The translations under genes were made by a program, and so were the position numbers. From NCBI GenBank assembly GCA_050951545.1, contig JBMNJG010000003.1, positions 160,001-224,000 of the forward strand: a stretch of DNA of 64,000 nt. The letters are read 5' to 3'. The notes under the pieces were generated by a model. That model was not told the DNA's origin. It made no database searches and was given only the letters and a program-made list of their open reading frames with translations. This DNA comes from Limnochordia bacterium. Lineage in GTDB: Bacteria > Bacillota > Limnochordia > DTU080. Positions 18,199 to 28,203 of this stretch are shown here, one piece after another (positions within the stretch are counted from its first letter, which is position 1; each line of letters starts with the position of its first letter).

Positions 18199-19107
18199 CT
18201 AGTGTTCCCTGACCACAGCAAAGGCTGCTAAGTCTACAAGGCCCTCGGCAGCCTGCCCAAATACTCTGACGCTTTCCTGGGCTGCCTCTACTGCCTCTTG
18301 AGCCATCGCTCGCGATCTGTCTAGCCCATAGAGACGAGGATAGGTCAGCTTCTGCTGCCGCTGATCGCTACCTACAGCCTTGCCCAGTCGCTCTGAATCG
18401 CCAACGACGTCGAGCAGGTCATCCACAATCTGAAAGGCCAGACCAAAGTGTTCCGCGTAACGCTCTACCACCACCAAGTCAGAGTCATCCAAGCCTCCAA
18501 CCAGAGCGCCCGCCAAGAGGCTGCCGCGAAACAGTGCTCCCGTTTTTCGTTCATGGATGAAACGCAGAGTCTCGGCTGCCCTGCTATCTAACGGCGCTCC
18601 TTCGGCCTCTAGATCCGCGACTTGTCCCCCGATCAAGCCCACGGTGCTTGCAGCCCTGGCTACCTGAGCTATTACTCGAACGGTTACATCCGGCGCCAAC
18701 CCAATCAGCTCAGGCAAGCGAGAAAGAACAACGAATGCCTCCGTTAGCAGCGCATCACCAGCAAGAACCGCTAAGCCTTCACCGAACACCTTATGGTTGC
18801 TCAACCGACCGCGGCGATAGTCATCATCATCCATACAGGGCAAGTCGTCGTGAATCAGGGAGTAGGCGTGAATCATCTCGAGACTAGCAGCTACGGGAAG
18901 AGCGCGCCTGCGCGGCCCTCCTCGCAGGCCAGCAGCCTCCATAGCCAACATTGCTCGTAACCGCTTGCCTCCGCTACAGACGCTGTAGCGCATGGCCTTG
19001 TGAATGACACCCGGAGGCTCTGACTCCGGCGGTATGAGACGGGCAAGTTCCGCTTCGATCAAAGCGGCCGTCTTCCGCATGTAGGTCTCAAGATCGGAAA
19101 GCATCAC
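18199..19107 (-). CDS. ispA: Farnesyl/geranylgeranyl diphosphate synthase
   Basis: GGKRLR, HDDLPCMDDDDYRRG, FQIVDDLLD. Confidence 0.95.
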   Translation of the reverse strand: MMLSDLETYMRKTAALIEAELARLIPPESEPPGVIHKAMRYSVCSGGKRLRAMLAMEAAGLRGGPRRRALPVAASLEMIHAYSLIHDDLPCMDDDDYRRGRLSNHKVFGEGLAVLAGDALLTEAFVVLSRLPELIGLAPDVTVRVIAQVARAASTVGLIGGQVADLEAEGAPLDSRAAETLRFIHERKTGALFRGSLLAGALVGGLDDSDLVVVERYAEHFGLAFQIVDDLLDVVGDSERLGKAVGSDQRQQKLTYPRLYGLDRSRAMAQEAVEAAQESVRVFGQAAEGLVDLAAFAVVREH

Positions 19108-19358
19108 TATGCAACTCCCGGCGGTGGATTCTCAAACTCTTGCACCTTTGGTTCCCCATTCTCGACGGCCACGAGCACCTGGATGCGCGCCTCAACCTGA
19201 TCAAGAAGCGAGGCACAGCGCCGACTGAGCGCCACGCCTTCCTCAAAGAGTCGGAGAGATTCATCTAGCTTGACTTCGCCAGTTTCGAGTTGGCGCACAA
19301 TAACCTCAAGACGGGCAAAGGCCTCCTCAAAACCCATCTCTTGGACTTGATCACTCAC
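19107..19358 (-). CDS. xseB: Exodeoxyribonuclease VII small subunit
   Basis: FEEAFARLEVIVRQLE.G...LDESL.LFEEG. Confidence 0.95.
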   Translation of the reverse strand: MSDQVQEMGFEEAFARLEVIVRQLETGEVKLDESLRLFEEGVALSRRCASLLDQVEARIQVLVAVENGEPKVQEFENPPPGVA

Positions 19359-19375
19359 CGCACACACCCCCTCAC

Positions 19376-20632
19376 TTAGATGGGCAGCAACTCCTGACCC
19401 GTTCTGGTAGCAGTGCTTTCCGCGCGACAGCCGAATGTACCGTCGCCAACTCGCACCACGAGCCGCGTGCCCGAACGCACCTGCGAAACGCTTCGCACCA
19501 CATCGCCTGTCTTAGCTAACTGGCATATAGAGTAACCTCGTCCTAGGGTGGCCAAGGGCGACAAACTGTCGAGTTTGGCCACTACTGTCTGCAGCCGTGC
19601 CTTCTCGCTGGAGAGTTTCTGCCCCAAGTTGGCCTCTGTTGCGCGGGCCAGTTCATCCACCTGCTGGCGCAGCTGATTTGTCCTATCTGAGGGACGCATC
19701 AGAGCGGGGCTGGCGCTCAGCAACCGCAATCGGTCTCGCCAACCACTGACCAGGCGCCGCAATGCCCCGGCCACGCGCAAGTAGCGCTCCTCGGTTTCCC
19801 GCAGAAGAGCGGCCCGCTCCGGTACCACGAGCTCGGCTGCGGCCGACGGAGTCGGTGCCCGACGATCGGCCACGAAATCTGCGATAGTAAAGTCGGTTTC
19901 ATGCCCGACAGCTGCCACGACGGGAATCGCTGACGCGGCTATGGCGCGAGCCACTATCTCGTCATTAAAGGTCCACAATTCCTCTAGCGAGCCCCCGCCT
20001 CGACCCACTATGAGCACGTCGGCTAGATTAGCCTTGTTCATCAGCTCGATGGCCGCAGCAACACTCGCTGGCCCGCCTTCACCCTGCACGAGGCAAGGCG
20101 CCAGCAGAATGCCTACACCTGGGTTACGCCGATGCAAGACGCTTATGATGTCTCGAATGGCCGCACCAGTGGGCGAGGTTATGACCCCTACAGTCCGCGG
20201 CAGGTAGGGCAATGCGCGCTTACGTTGCTCGCGAAAGAGCCCTTCTGCTTCCAGCTTCTTCTTGAGCTGCTCAAACGCAAGAAACAGAGCTCCCTGACCA
20301 GCAGGGTACATCTCTCGTGCATAGAGCTGGTAATCACCTGAAGCTTCATAGACGCCCGCAGAGCCTCGGACGATCACCGTCAATCCATCCTCCGGGCGAA
20401 AGCGCACTTGCGAGCTATGGCTGCGAAACATGACGCAGCGCAAGCGACTTTTGCTGTCCTTGAGCGTGAAGTACATGTGTCCTGACGAATGATGTTTGAA
20501 GTTGGATATTTCGCCTTTGACAAGGAGATCCCTTAGCGTTGGAGTCTCCTCTATGAGAGATTTGATTATGCGGGTAACCTCGGAGACAGTGAGGCACTCA
20601 GCCTCTTGCCATACCCTCCCGCCCTCGAGCAT
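19376..20632 (-). CDS. xseA: Exodeoxyribonuclease VII large subunit
   Basis: GEISNFK.HSSGHMYFTLKD, RGGGSLEELW.FN, GHETDFTIADFVAD.RAPTPS. Confidence 0.97.
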   Translation of the reverse strand: MLEGGRVWQEAECLTVSEVTRIIKSLIEETPTLRDLLVKGEISNFKHHSSGHMYFTLKDSKSRLRCVMFRSHSSQVRFRPEDGLTVIVRGSAGVYEASGDYQLYAREMYPAGQGALFLAFEQLKKKLEAEGLFREQRKRALPYLPRTVGVITSPTGAAIRDIISVLHRRNPGVGILLAPCLVQGEGGPASVAAAIELMNKANLADVLIVGRGGGSLEELWTFNDEIVARAIAASAIPVVAAVGHETDFTIADFVADRRAPTPSAAAELVVPERAALLRETEERYLRVAGALRRLVSGWRDRLRLLSASPALMRPSDRTNQLRQQVDELARATEANLGQKLSSEKARLQTVVAKLDSLSPLATLGRGYSICQLAKTGDVVRSVSQVRSGTRLVVRVGDGTFGCRAESTATRTGQELLPI

Positions 20633-20672
20633 GTCCCACCCACCCGTCTTGATTTGATCCCGCGCCTAAGAT

Positions 20673-21698
20673 TCAGTATAGCACATCGCTTGCTTGCATT
20701 CTTGGACCAGGAAGGCAGGCAATCGGCAGACAGCCTGCACAAGCTGCAGCCCAGGCTGCTAGCCCCACAGCATTGTCACTGCTCAGCTTGGGGGGAGCAA
20801 ACCAAAGCTGGCAGTCGGAAAGAAGCGGGCTTTTCTCTAGCGATTGCCGCAACAGACGATTGGCGACTACACCACCCGCCAATACTACATCAGGCGTGTG
20901 CGTAACCGCGACTACCGCCTTCAGCCACAGTTGCAGTGATTCTGCCAAGCAATCCAGCACCCCGCGGGCCACGTCGGCTGGCGGCTCGCCGCTGGCAATC
21001 GCTCGTTGCGCAGCACTTTCGGGACCCGAAAAAGAGAGTCTCTCACCCCGAACGCCAACTGGCAAGCGCACGCGGCCCGCTTGACCCTCTTGGGCCAAGC
21101 GTTCTAATGTTGGGCCCGCAGGAAACGGCAGGCCAAGGGCGTTGCCCACACGGTCCACAAACTGTCCAGCACTGATATCGCTAGTGGCTGCAGCGATATG
21201 GAGATCAAGGCAAGATTGGTGCTCTTGCCCAACCCCTTGCACTACCACAGCTTCGGTAGTGCCCCCAGACAAATGAACTGCCAGAATGCGAGTAGCCTTC
21301 AGAGCAGGCAGGGCCCACAGGGCCGCCCAGATGTGCCCTTCTTGATGCGAGGCCTCCCAGCATGGAATTCCCCGCGTAGCTGCAATAGCTCTGCCCACCC
21401 CGTGCCCGGCCAGAAAAACTGGCATGAAAGAGTCCTTTTGGGGGCGAGGAGCATAACTGACTGCAACACCAGACAAGGTCGCTTGGCGCGGCTCAAGGTC
21501 GACGAAGGCTTCCTCTACTACGCTCGGCAAGCAGCGTACATGCTGATACAATGCCTCTGCCTGCCGCAAACCTAGCGTCCCTGGCCGGACACGCAAGGGC
21601 ACTCTGATGTCGCGAAGAAGCTCTCCCCGCAAGCTCATGACGGCCACAGAACAGGTGTAGGCGCTTGTGTCGATACCGACGACCACCGTTTGCGTCAC
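20673..21698 (-). CDS. TsaD/Kae1 family (ASKHA glycoprotease-like) paralog of unknown function
   Basis: GIDTSAY, SHQEGH metal motif, HLSGGTT, DISAGQFVDRVG..LGL.FPAGP.LE, SSDNAVG. Confidence 0.85.
   Translation of the reverse strand: MTQTVVVGIDTSAYTCSVAVMSLRGELLRDIRVPLRVRPGTLGLRQAEALYQHVRCLPSVVEEAFVDLEPRQATLSGVAVSYAPRPQKDSFMPVFLAGHGVGRAIAATRGIPCWEASHQEGHIWAALWALPALKATRILAVHLSGGTTEAVVVQGVGQEHQSCLDLHIAAATSDISAGQFVDRVGNALGLPFPAGPTLERLAQEGQAGRVRLPVGVRGERLSFSGPESAAQRAIASGEPPADVARGVLDCLAESLQLWLKAVVAVTHTPDVVLAGGVVANRLLRQSLEKSPLLSDCQLWFAPPKLSSDNAVGLAAWAAACAGCLPIACLPGPRMQASDVLY
20675..20683 (-). promoter_or_regulatory. Extended -10 element upstream of xseA
   Basis: TGcTATACT at the 3' end of the upstream gene; no convincing -35. 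Confidence 0.4.
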
Positions 21699-22162
21699 TG
21701 CTTCACCGGGGATTCTGGCTCCTGACCTAGAGTACCGTCATCCGTTCTGTTCAATGCCGAAGCAACGCTTGCCAGAATGCCATTGATGTACCGCCCTGAG
21801 GTCGCATCACCATACATCTTCGCCAGCTCTACTGCCTCGCTAATGACAACTGCGACAGGGACTTGGTCGCGCAGGTGATCGAGTTCGAAAACCGCGAGTC
21901 GAAGAACCATCCGATCTGTAAGAGGAAGACGGTCTAAAGACCATCCGACGGTGTATTTACTGATCAGCGCGTCAATCTGAGGCAGGTGGTCTAGCGTCCC
22001 ATGCACCACTACCCGAGCATAGTCTGCCGCGGGTTCTGGTACTGCCAACTCTTGTATGTTATAGGCCAATGCCTCTTCGGGATGGCTACGTCCCACATCG
22101 ATCTGGAATAGTGCTCGAACAGCGGCCTCTCTGGCCAGTCTCCTGCTCAACAAGGCCCTCAC
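21695..22162 (-). CDS. nusB: Transcription antitermination factor NusB
   Basis: RRLAREAA, WSLDRL...DR..LRLA, EAVELAKMY, YINGIL. Confidence 0.96.
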   Translation of the reverse strand: MRALLSRRLAREAAVRALFQIDVGRSHPEEALAYNIQELAVPEPAADYARVVVHGTLDHLPQIDALISKYTVGWSLDRLPLTDRMVLRLAVFELDHLRDQVPVAVVISEAVELAKMYGDATSGRYINGILASVASALNRTDDGTLGQEPESPVKQ

Positions 22163-22165
22163 CCC

Positions 22166-22372
22166 TCAGTTCCTACGCCGCCATACCGTGTTTTCACCGT
22201 CATCAATGCGCGCACCCACGCCCACACCTACAGCGACACAAGCTAGCACAAACAGGGTGCGCCATATGCCAAAGACGAGCACCATCCAGCCCAGAACCAC
22301 GCCCACAACAGCACCTATGATCTTGCCCCGATGACGAAGCAGTAGCTCTAGGAGTTGCCAGGGTTCTAGCAT
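22166..22372 (-). CDS. DUF2273 small membrane protein
   Basis: HRGKIIGAVVG...FGIWRTLF...G...D; ATG 22372 after AGGAGG; conserved amaP-DUF2273-nusB order. Confidence 0.82.
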   Translation of the reverse strand: MLEPWQLLELLLRHRGKIIGAVVGVVLGWMVLVFGIWRTLFVLACVAVGVGVGARIDDGENTVWRRRN

Positions 22373-22385
22373 CGACTGGGGCCTC

Positions 22386-22916
22386 CTATTCAACCCGTCG
22401 CACGTCGCCAGTGACGGCGGAAATCTCGACAGCAACGCTCCCCACTGCGACTCCAATCGTCTCCCGCACGTAGCGCTCCACAGTCTGCTGCACCTGTGTA
22501 GAGAGATCCGGGATGGTGACATCACCAGTCGCTACCAGCACTAGGTGCACATCCACCCCTTCAGAACCTAAGACGACGTTAACGTCTAGACTACGCACAC
22601 CGAGCAGCTGCTGCACGCTGCGACGAACCGCGTGTTCGATGGCCTGCAACGAAACCCGCACCAGGCCAAACTCAGTCTCGTGCACCACGGCACCTTCTGG
22701 GCGCTCTGGAGACACCCCGGCCAGGAGTCGCAAACCCGCTGCTAGTACCGCTATGGCGATGATGGCCGTCTCCCAGGGAACGGTACGCATGCGCTCGATA
22801 ACAACACCCAAAGAAGAGGTGGCTTCCCAACCCGAGGCAATAGCGATCAATACTGTGGCTAAGACAATACACAGCAGCGCCAGGACGGTGTTGATCACCC
22901 GGTCAAGCAGGGACAC
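22386..22916 (-). CDS. amaP: Alkaline shock response membrane anchor protein AmaP
   Basis: Two TM helices, ETEFGLVRVSLQAIE, C-terminal RVE; follows asp23. Confidence 0.85.
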   Translation of the reverse strand: MSLLDRVINTVLALLCIVLATVLIAIASGWEATSSLGVVIERMRTVPWETAIIAIAVLAAGLRLLAGVSPERPEGAVVHETEFGLVRVSLQAIEHAVRRSVQQLLGVRSLDVNVVLGSEGVDVHLVLVATGDVTIPDLSTQVQQTVERYVRETIGVAVGSVAVEISAVTGDVRRVE

Positions 22917-22929
22917 AGTAGCACCACCT

Positions 22930-23319
22930 CTACCTCACTCGACTCTCCTCCGCACGCGGCTCTTCAGTGGGCAGATGGACTCCCTGAATGTGCACATTTA
23001 CCTCAACGACATTGAGGCCTGTCATCGTCTCGATGGCCCGCTTCACATTCTGCTGGATACTCCAAGACACATCCGGGATCCGCACCCCATACTCTACGAT
23101 CACATAAAGGTCAACCGCGGCCTGGTGTTCTCCTACCTCCACCTTGACGCCTTTGGTGAGGTTCTTTCGACCCAGCATCTCGGCAATGCCGCCTGCAATA
23201 CCACCGCTCATCCCAGCGACGCCATCGACTTCGGTCGCAGCTAGGCCAGCGATGACAGCTACCACTTCGTTCGCGATTCGTAACTCACCAAGTTCACTTC
23301 GCTCACGTTGATCGGGCAA
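22930..23319 (-). CDS. Asp23/Gls24 family protein (YqhY-like)
   Basis: IANEVVAVIAGLAA.EV.GV, KGVKVEVGE, IETMTGL.V.EVNVHIQGV. Confidence 0.93.
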   Translation of the reverse strand: MPDQRERSELGELRIANEVVAVIAGLAATEVDGVAGMSGGIAGGIAEMLGRKNLTKGVKVEVGEHQAAVDLYVIVEYGVRIPDVSWSIQQNVKRAIETMTGLNVVEVNVHIQGVHLPTEEPRAEESRVR

Positions 23320-24670
23320 TGTCAGCACCCCCTACCATATGTTGCTCCAAGAAACCCGTGGACAGGTGCCCCTGTTTGAACGATTCGTTGCTTAGCAGAC
23401 GACGATGAAAAGGAATGGTAGTCGCCACACCCTCGATTGAGAACTCCTGCAGGGCAGCCAGCATACGAGCAATAGCTGCTTCGCGCGTGGCCCCGTGACA
23501 GATCAGCTTGGCTAGCAATGAGTCATAAAAAGGTGGCACGACGTAGCCCGCAAAAGCCCCACTATCCACGCGTACGCCAGGGCCACCTGGCGCATGGTAA
23601 AAGCTGATGGTCCCCGGTGAGGGCATGAAGCCCCTGTCGGGATCTTCGGCATTGATACGACATTCAATGGCGTGTCCTCGCGTAGATACGTCAGCTTGGC
23701 CAAACGAGAGCTCTTCGCCCGCTGCAACCAGGATCTGCTCCTTCACCAAGTCGAGACCTGTCACCATCTCCGTGACTGTGTGCTCGACTTGAATGCGTGT
23801 GTTCATTTCCATGAAGAAAAACTGACCGCTCCTATCGACAAGGTATTCGATTGTTCCCGCACCTACGTAATCGACATGACGTGCTCCGCGCACTGACGCC
23901 TCTCCCATGCGCCGCCGCAGATCAGCACTGAGCAAGGGTGCTGGGGCCTCCTCGAGGACCTTCTGGTGTCGGCGCTGCAGCGAGCATTCGCGCTCCCCTA
24001 AGTGTACCACATGACCATGACTATCAGCGAAAACCTGCACCTCAATATGACGCGGTTCATCAAGAAGCTTCTCGACATAGACGTCCGGGCGACCGAAGGA
24101 GGCCTCGGCCTCAGCGCGAGCAGGAGCCAGCACGCGGCACAGTTCAGCGCGGGTACGAGCCAGACGCATTCCTTTGCCGCCCCCACCCACCGCCGCCTTG
24201 ATCATCACAGGGTAGCCAATTTCGTCAGCTACTGCTACCGCCTGTGCTTCGTCGGTCACCACACCTTCACCACCAGGCACCACCGGAACACCAGCCTCAC
24301 GCATCGTTTGCTTGGCGCGCGCCTTGTCGCCCATGAGCTCTATTGTTGCGCTTGACGGACCGATAAACTTGATGCCATGGGTCTCGCAGATCTCCGCAAA
24401 CTGCCCTCTCTCAGACAGCATGCCATAACCCGGGTGAAGCGCATCGACCTCTGCTATCATAGCTGCACTAATGATGTTGGGGATGTTCAAGTATGAACGT
24501 GACATAGGGCCTGGACCCACACACACGGCCGCGTCAGCCAATCGCACATGGAGAGCATCTTGATCGGCTTCCGAGTAGATGGCGACCGTCTCTATTCCCA
24601 GCTCTTTGCAGGCCCGGATAATCCGTACGGCGATTTCACCGCGATTGGCCACGAGAACTCGTTCAAACAC
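23303..24670 (-). CDS. accC: Acetyl-CoA carboxylase, biotin carboxylase subunit
   Basis: ANRGEIAVR, HPGYG, GGGGKGM, RECSLQRRHQK, EMNTRIQVEH. Start moved to GTG 24670 after AGGAGG. Confidence 0.97.
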   Translation of the reverse strand: MFERVLVANRGEIAVRIIRACKELGIETVAIYSEADQDALHVRLADAAVCVGPGPMSRSYLNIPNIISAAMIAEVDALHPGYGMLSERGQFAEICETHGIKFIGPSSATIELMGDKARAKQTMREAGVPVVPGGEGVVTDEAQAVAVADEIGYPVMIKAAVGGGGKGMRLARTRAELCRVLAPARAEAEASFGRPDVYVEKLLDEPRHIEVQVFADSHGHVVHLGERECSLQRRHQKVLEEAPAPLLSADLRRRMGEASVRGARHVDYVGAGTIEYLVDRSGQFFFMEMNTRIQVEHTVTEMVTGLDLVKEQILVAAGEELSFGQADVSTRGHAIECRINAEDPDRGFMPSPGTISFYHAPGGPGVRVDSGAFAGYVVPPFYDSLLAKLICHGATREAAIARMLAALQEFSIEGVATTIPFHRRLLSNESFKQGHLSTGFLEQHMVGGADIARST

Positions 24671-24693
24671 AGAGACGCCTCCTATAGTGCCGG

Positions 24694-25158
24694 TCAAGCC
24701 CGCTTGATCACGAATAACGGCTGTCCGTACTCCACCGGCTGGGCGTTCTCGACGAGAATGCGCATCACCCTGCCTTTCATCTCAGACTCAATCTCGTTCA
24801 TGAGTTTCATGGCTTCGATGATACACAGCGGTTGCCCTACCTCGACCTCATCGCCCACCTGCACATAGGCTGGTGCATCGGGCGAAGGTGCCCGGTAAAA
24901 GGTGCCCACCATCGGCGCAACGATCGTCACGGTATTCTCAGCGTCCTCCAACGAAAGCTGTAAGGCGTCTGGCGCGCGTGCCTCCGGGACGCTTGCTGCC
25001 AGTGTCATGCTTGGGCAGGTAGGCCCCACCACAGCTGCAGCACTGAAGGCGGTCTGCTTGCGAATGGATAGTTTGGTAGACTCTGTTTCCAGAGTAAACT
25101 CCGCGATATCGCTAGCCTGAAGAGCCCGGATGAGCTCTTTGATCTCCTTGATATCCAA
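24694..25158 (-). CDS. accB: Acetyl-CoA carboxylase biotin carboxyl carrier protein
   Basis: APMVGTFY and the EAMKLMNEI biotinylation site. Confidence 0.96.
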   Translation of the reverse strand: MDIKEIKELIRALQASDIAEFTLETESTKLSIRKQTAFSAAAVVGPTCPSMTLAASVPEARAPDALQLSLEDAENTVTIVAPMVGTFYRAPSPDAPAYVQVGDEVEVGQPLCIIEAMKLMNEIESEMKGRVMRILVENAQPVEYGQPLFVIKRA

Positions 25159-25258
25159 GGGCCCACTCCTCCGCAAATCCTTCTACGCTAAAGCATCGAC
25201 ATGAGCGCCCCCTCATCTGCGAGAGACGTTTGTGAACAGGCGCACAGTCAAACTAGTT

Positions 25259-25294
25259 TCTACTCACGGACAGGCATCTCCTTCCGTGAGTAGA
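25259..25294 (-). terminator. Inverted repeat after spoIIIAH (putative terminator, no U-tract)
   Basis: TCTACTCACGGA-12 nt-TCCGTGAGTAGA, a perfect 12-bp stem. Confidence 0.55.
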
Positions 25295-25295
25295 T

Positions 25296-25862
25296 TTAAG
25301 CATCCCCCGCTCCGTCGATGATCGCAATGCGCTCAAGGGCCACATTGGCGAGCCTAGCCACGAGCTCCCCAACACGCGCCGCGTCGTCTCGCTGCAAAAA
25401 CTCGGGAAGCACAACGCTGGCGGTGTCGTCGGCCAGCACTACCACCGCGTCACTGAAGCCTTTGGCGCGTAGTAGAGACTCCGTCTGCATCTCGCGTTCG
25501 CTTCTTTTGAGCAGAGCCAACAGCTCCGTGGTAAGCTGCGCCTTGCGAACCTCACTGATACCACTCTCGGCTGCTGCAGCCCGCAGGAGATCGACTTGCA
25601 TAGATCGAGCCCTGTCTCGTTCAATCCGGTACTCATCAAAGTAACCGGCACTAGTGCGCTTGACCGACACTTCTGGCTTTGATCCATGATCCACAGATTC
25701 GACTGGACCCTCCAAAACCTGTGCCGTCACACCAATGGCAGAGTCCGTCACCTGAGGGGTGCGCTCACGACGTGCTGCCATGTAGAGTACACCCAGAATA
25801 ACCAGCAGAAGAAGCATTAGTATTATACGCCGAATACGCTGTCGTTCAACCACGATAATCAC
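25296..25862 (-). CDS. spoIIIAH: Stage III sporulation protein AH
   Basis: TM, YFDEYRIERDRARS, ESLLRAKGFSDAVV; last gene of the spoIIIA operon. Confidence 0.9.
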   Translation of the reverse strand: MIIVVERQRIRRIILMLLLLVILGVLYMAARRERTPQVTDSAIGVTAQVLEGPVESVDHGSKPEVSVKRTSAGYFDEYRIERDRARSMQVDLLRAAAAESGISEVRKAQLTTELLALLKRSEREMQTESLLRAKGFSDAVVVLADDTASVVLPEFLQRDDAARVGELVARLANVALERIAIIDGAGDA

Positions 25863-25868
25863 GTTCCT

Positions 25869-26514
25869 TCACCTCCTCAATTCGTTCACAGAGCGCATGG
25901 CGAAAACCGCCACTCGGTTGGCTGGCAGGGACAACGCCGTCTGTACGGCCTGTGTCAGCTGATAGCGTACTCGAGGCGAGGACGCCCCAAGAGCCACAAC
26001 CACAACACCTCTGACAGTTGGCTTTCGCTCCACGATAATCAGGGGTTTCTCTGTCCGAGCTGCGTCGTCCCGCAGCGTGACAGGACGTCTGCTTTCGTGT
26101 AGGTCGTCGGCTACCCTCGCATGGGCTTGATCGCCCGTAGTCCGCTGAACGCTGACCTCCTCAGCGATCACCACCTCCGCTCCCGCCTCAAGTGTTACGT
26201 ACACTTGCACCTCACCCACACCCTCGATATGACCCAGGATTTCCCGTAGCTCACTGAGCAAGGCGCTCTTCAAGACTGACCGCGAGGCCCGTCGCAGGCA
26301 ACTGCGTGGATCCTAGGGTGGGCTGAGAAGGCTCTCCACCTCCTCGACTCAGCATCATCAGGGCGACGCCTACCAGGGTAAGGACGGCCAAGCCCTTGCC
26401 AGTGGCATTGCCTAACAAAACCTTTCCGCCTTCTTTGCTGCCTGTTTCTGGCGACGATGAAGAGTCCGCCTTCTTCTGTAGCCAGCGCGTCCAAAGATCC
26501 CCCAGCTGCGTCAT
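25869..26514 (-). pseudogene. spoIIIAG: Stage III sporulation protein AG, interrupted by a +1 frameshift (real or sequencing error)
   Basis: The N-half (TM...SLEERLAQ*) and C-half (ELREILGHIEGVGEV...VRGVVVVALGA) are in different frames. The span is 646 nt = 215 codons + 1. Confidence 0.8.
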
Positions 26515-26515
26515 C

Positions 26516-27016
26516 TCATGGCCCTCCCTGCTCTACTTCCACCCGTATGGAGATCGCCGCAACGCCAAGAAAGACCCTAGCTAGTCGCTCCACTCGCTCT
26601 GCCACATCCGCACTGTTTGTCGTCGTAGTAGCTACAATCGCGATCCGTGGTTCATCGCCATCCAGGTCCACGGCCACCCGCTGTACGCCATCGACAGTCA
26701 AGATAAGAGCTTCCGCCTCTTCAGCTACGCCCGCCTTGGTGGCCATGGTAGCATCCGCTAGCATACGCCTCCCTGCCTCTACGGCGCGCGAGGGGGCCAT
26801 CACCTCATCCGCAGGAACACGTATCAGCAAATCCGTCCAACGAGGCCCCTGAACAACCTGCAGGAGAGGATCTAGAACCGCCAAGATAACGACTAGACCC
26901 ACGACCATCTTGGTATAGCGACGCAGTTCGCCCGCTGGTAAGATCATCTCGACCACGGTCACAAACAGAATAAGAAAGACAAGTTGCTGGGCCCATGCAT
27001 AGACCACCTCTCGCAT
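26516..27016 (-). CDS. spoIIIAF: Stage III sporulation protein AF
   Basis: W...LV......VEMILP.GELRRY.KMVVGL; operon position. Confidence 0.88.
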   Translation of the reverse strand: MREVVYAWAQQLVFLILFVTVVEMILPAGELRRYTKMVVGLVVILAVLDPLLQVVQGPRWTDLLIRVPADEVMAPSRAVEAGRRMLADATMATKAGVAEEAEALILTVDGVQRVAVDLDGDEPRIAIVATTTTNSADVAERVERLARVFLGVAAISIRVEVEQGGP

Positions 27017-27030
27017 TGGAGGCACCCACC

Positions 27031-28203
27031 CTAACGAAGGAATGCTGGTACACTGCCCATACTAACAAGAATGGTGATGCTGACGAAGAACATCAGACCC
27101 ACTGTAAGCAGGCACGCGATAACCAAAGAGAGGCTGGTGGCCAAAGCACTCATCGCCTCTACCAGGCGCTCGTCGCTGATAGGTTCCACTAAGGCCGCAG
27201 CAAGACGATAGATCATGTAGACCGAGAAGACCTTGATTACCGGAAAGATCATGAGCATGAAAACCGTCGCCATACCAAATCCACCGATGGCGTTCTTGAT
27301 CAGCATCGAACCGCCCACGACCACTTCGAGAGCCTCTGCCATGCGACTGCCCACCACTGGAATGAACGTCCCCGTGAGAAACTTGGCGGTCTTCATGGCC
27401 AGCCCGTCGGAGACCGGCGCAATGGCCCCGCGCACAGTGAGTACCCCAAAAAAGAGGATGAAGAGAAGCCCCAAGAGCGTCAAGGCCCACTGGCGAACTA
27501 GCGCCGCCAGCCTCTTCATCGGAAATTCCCGCGAGAGTGTACCCAGCACCGCCAAAACTGCAGCTAGCATCACCATAGGCAGGACGGAGCTTTTCACTAT
27601 TGTGGCCACCACATTGATGACGACAAAAAGCAGGGGATGGAAAACGGTGGCAGTGGTCACGGCACCCACCGCCGCCAGCATGGTCGTCATCATGGGCAAG
27701 AGCGCCTGCATGAAGGAAACCATGGTATCGACTGCGTCCACTGCCACGTCCACAACAAGCCGAAACGACTGAATAGCTAGGTAGAGCAGGGTCAACAATG
27801 ACACAGCAAACGCAACGTCCGAGGCTCCTTGCGCTGGGAAAACATTCGCTAGGTTCCTTAGCACAGCGCAGAAGACGGCCAGAACCACCAACTGCCCCAA
27901 AAGGTGTGAGTTACGTGTGACCTCGCGAAGCGTGAATGATAGCAGTCTACGCATCATGGCCGCTAGGTCAAAGCCCAGATCACTGCCTGAACCAGAAATG
28001 ATGCTGGCTAGGTCAAACCGCGGCAGTTCCTGCTGCAAGTCGGCCTGCAACGAACCCAGGAAGGCCTCCATTTCGCCCGTCTGCAAGGCGGCAATCTGAT
28101 CCCCGATGGCTTCTGGCAGCGGCGCCGCCCACGCATGTGGTGCAAGCATGAGAAGCAGCACACCTATCCAGAAGATCCCTATGCAGCACCGACGGCCTGT
28201 CAT
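27031..28203 (-). CDS. spoIIIAE: Stage III sporulation protein AE
   Basis: Multi-TM, FHPLL, KTAKF..G.FIPVVG, LIKNAIG, VEPISD.R. Confidence 0.94.
   Translation of the reverse strand: MTGRRCCIGIFWIGVLLLMLAPHAWAAPLPEAIGDQIAALQTGEMEAFLGSLQADLQQELPRFDLASIISGSGSDLGFDLAAMMRRLLSFTLREVTRNSHLLGQLVVLAVFCAVLRNLANVFPAQGASDVAFAVSLLTLLYLAIQSFRLVVDVAVDAVDTMVSFMQALLPMMTTMLAAVGAVTTATVFHPLLFVVINVVATIVKSSVLPMVMLAAVLAVLGTLSREFPMKRLAALVRQWALTLLGLLFILFFGVLTVRGAIAPVSDGLAMKTAKFLTGTFIPVVGSRMAEALEVVVGGSMLIKNAIGGFGMATVFMLMIFPVIKVFSVYMIYRLAAALVEPISDERLVEAMSALATSLSLVIACLLTVGLMFFVSITILVSMGSVPAFLR

Noticed and set aside
22513-23244. Long plus-strand ORFs (e.g. 22513-23244, 44324-44971, 62147-62812, 43584-44138)
   Set aside because: They are antisense shadows of well-supported minus-strand genes, expected from GC-rich codon usage, and show no recognisable motifs.
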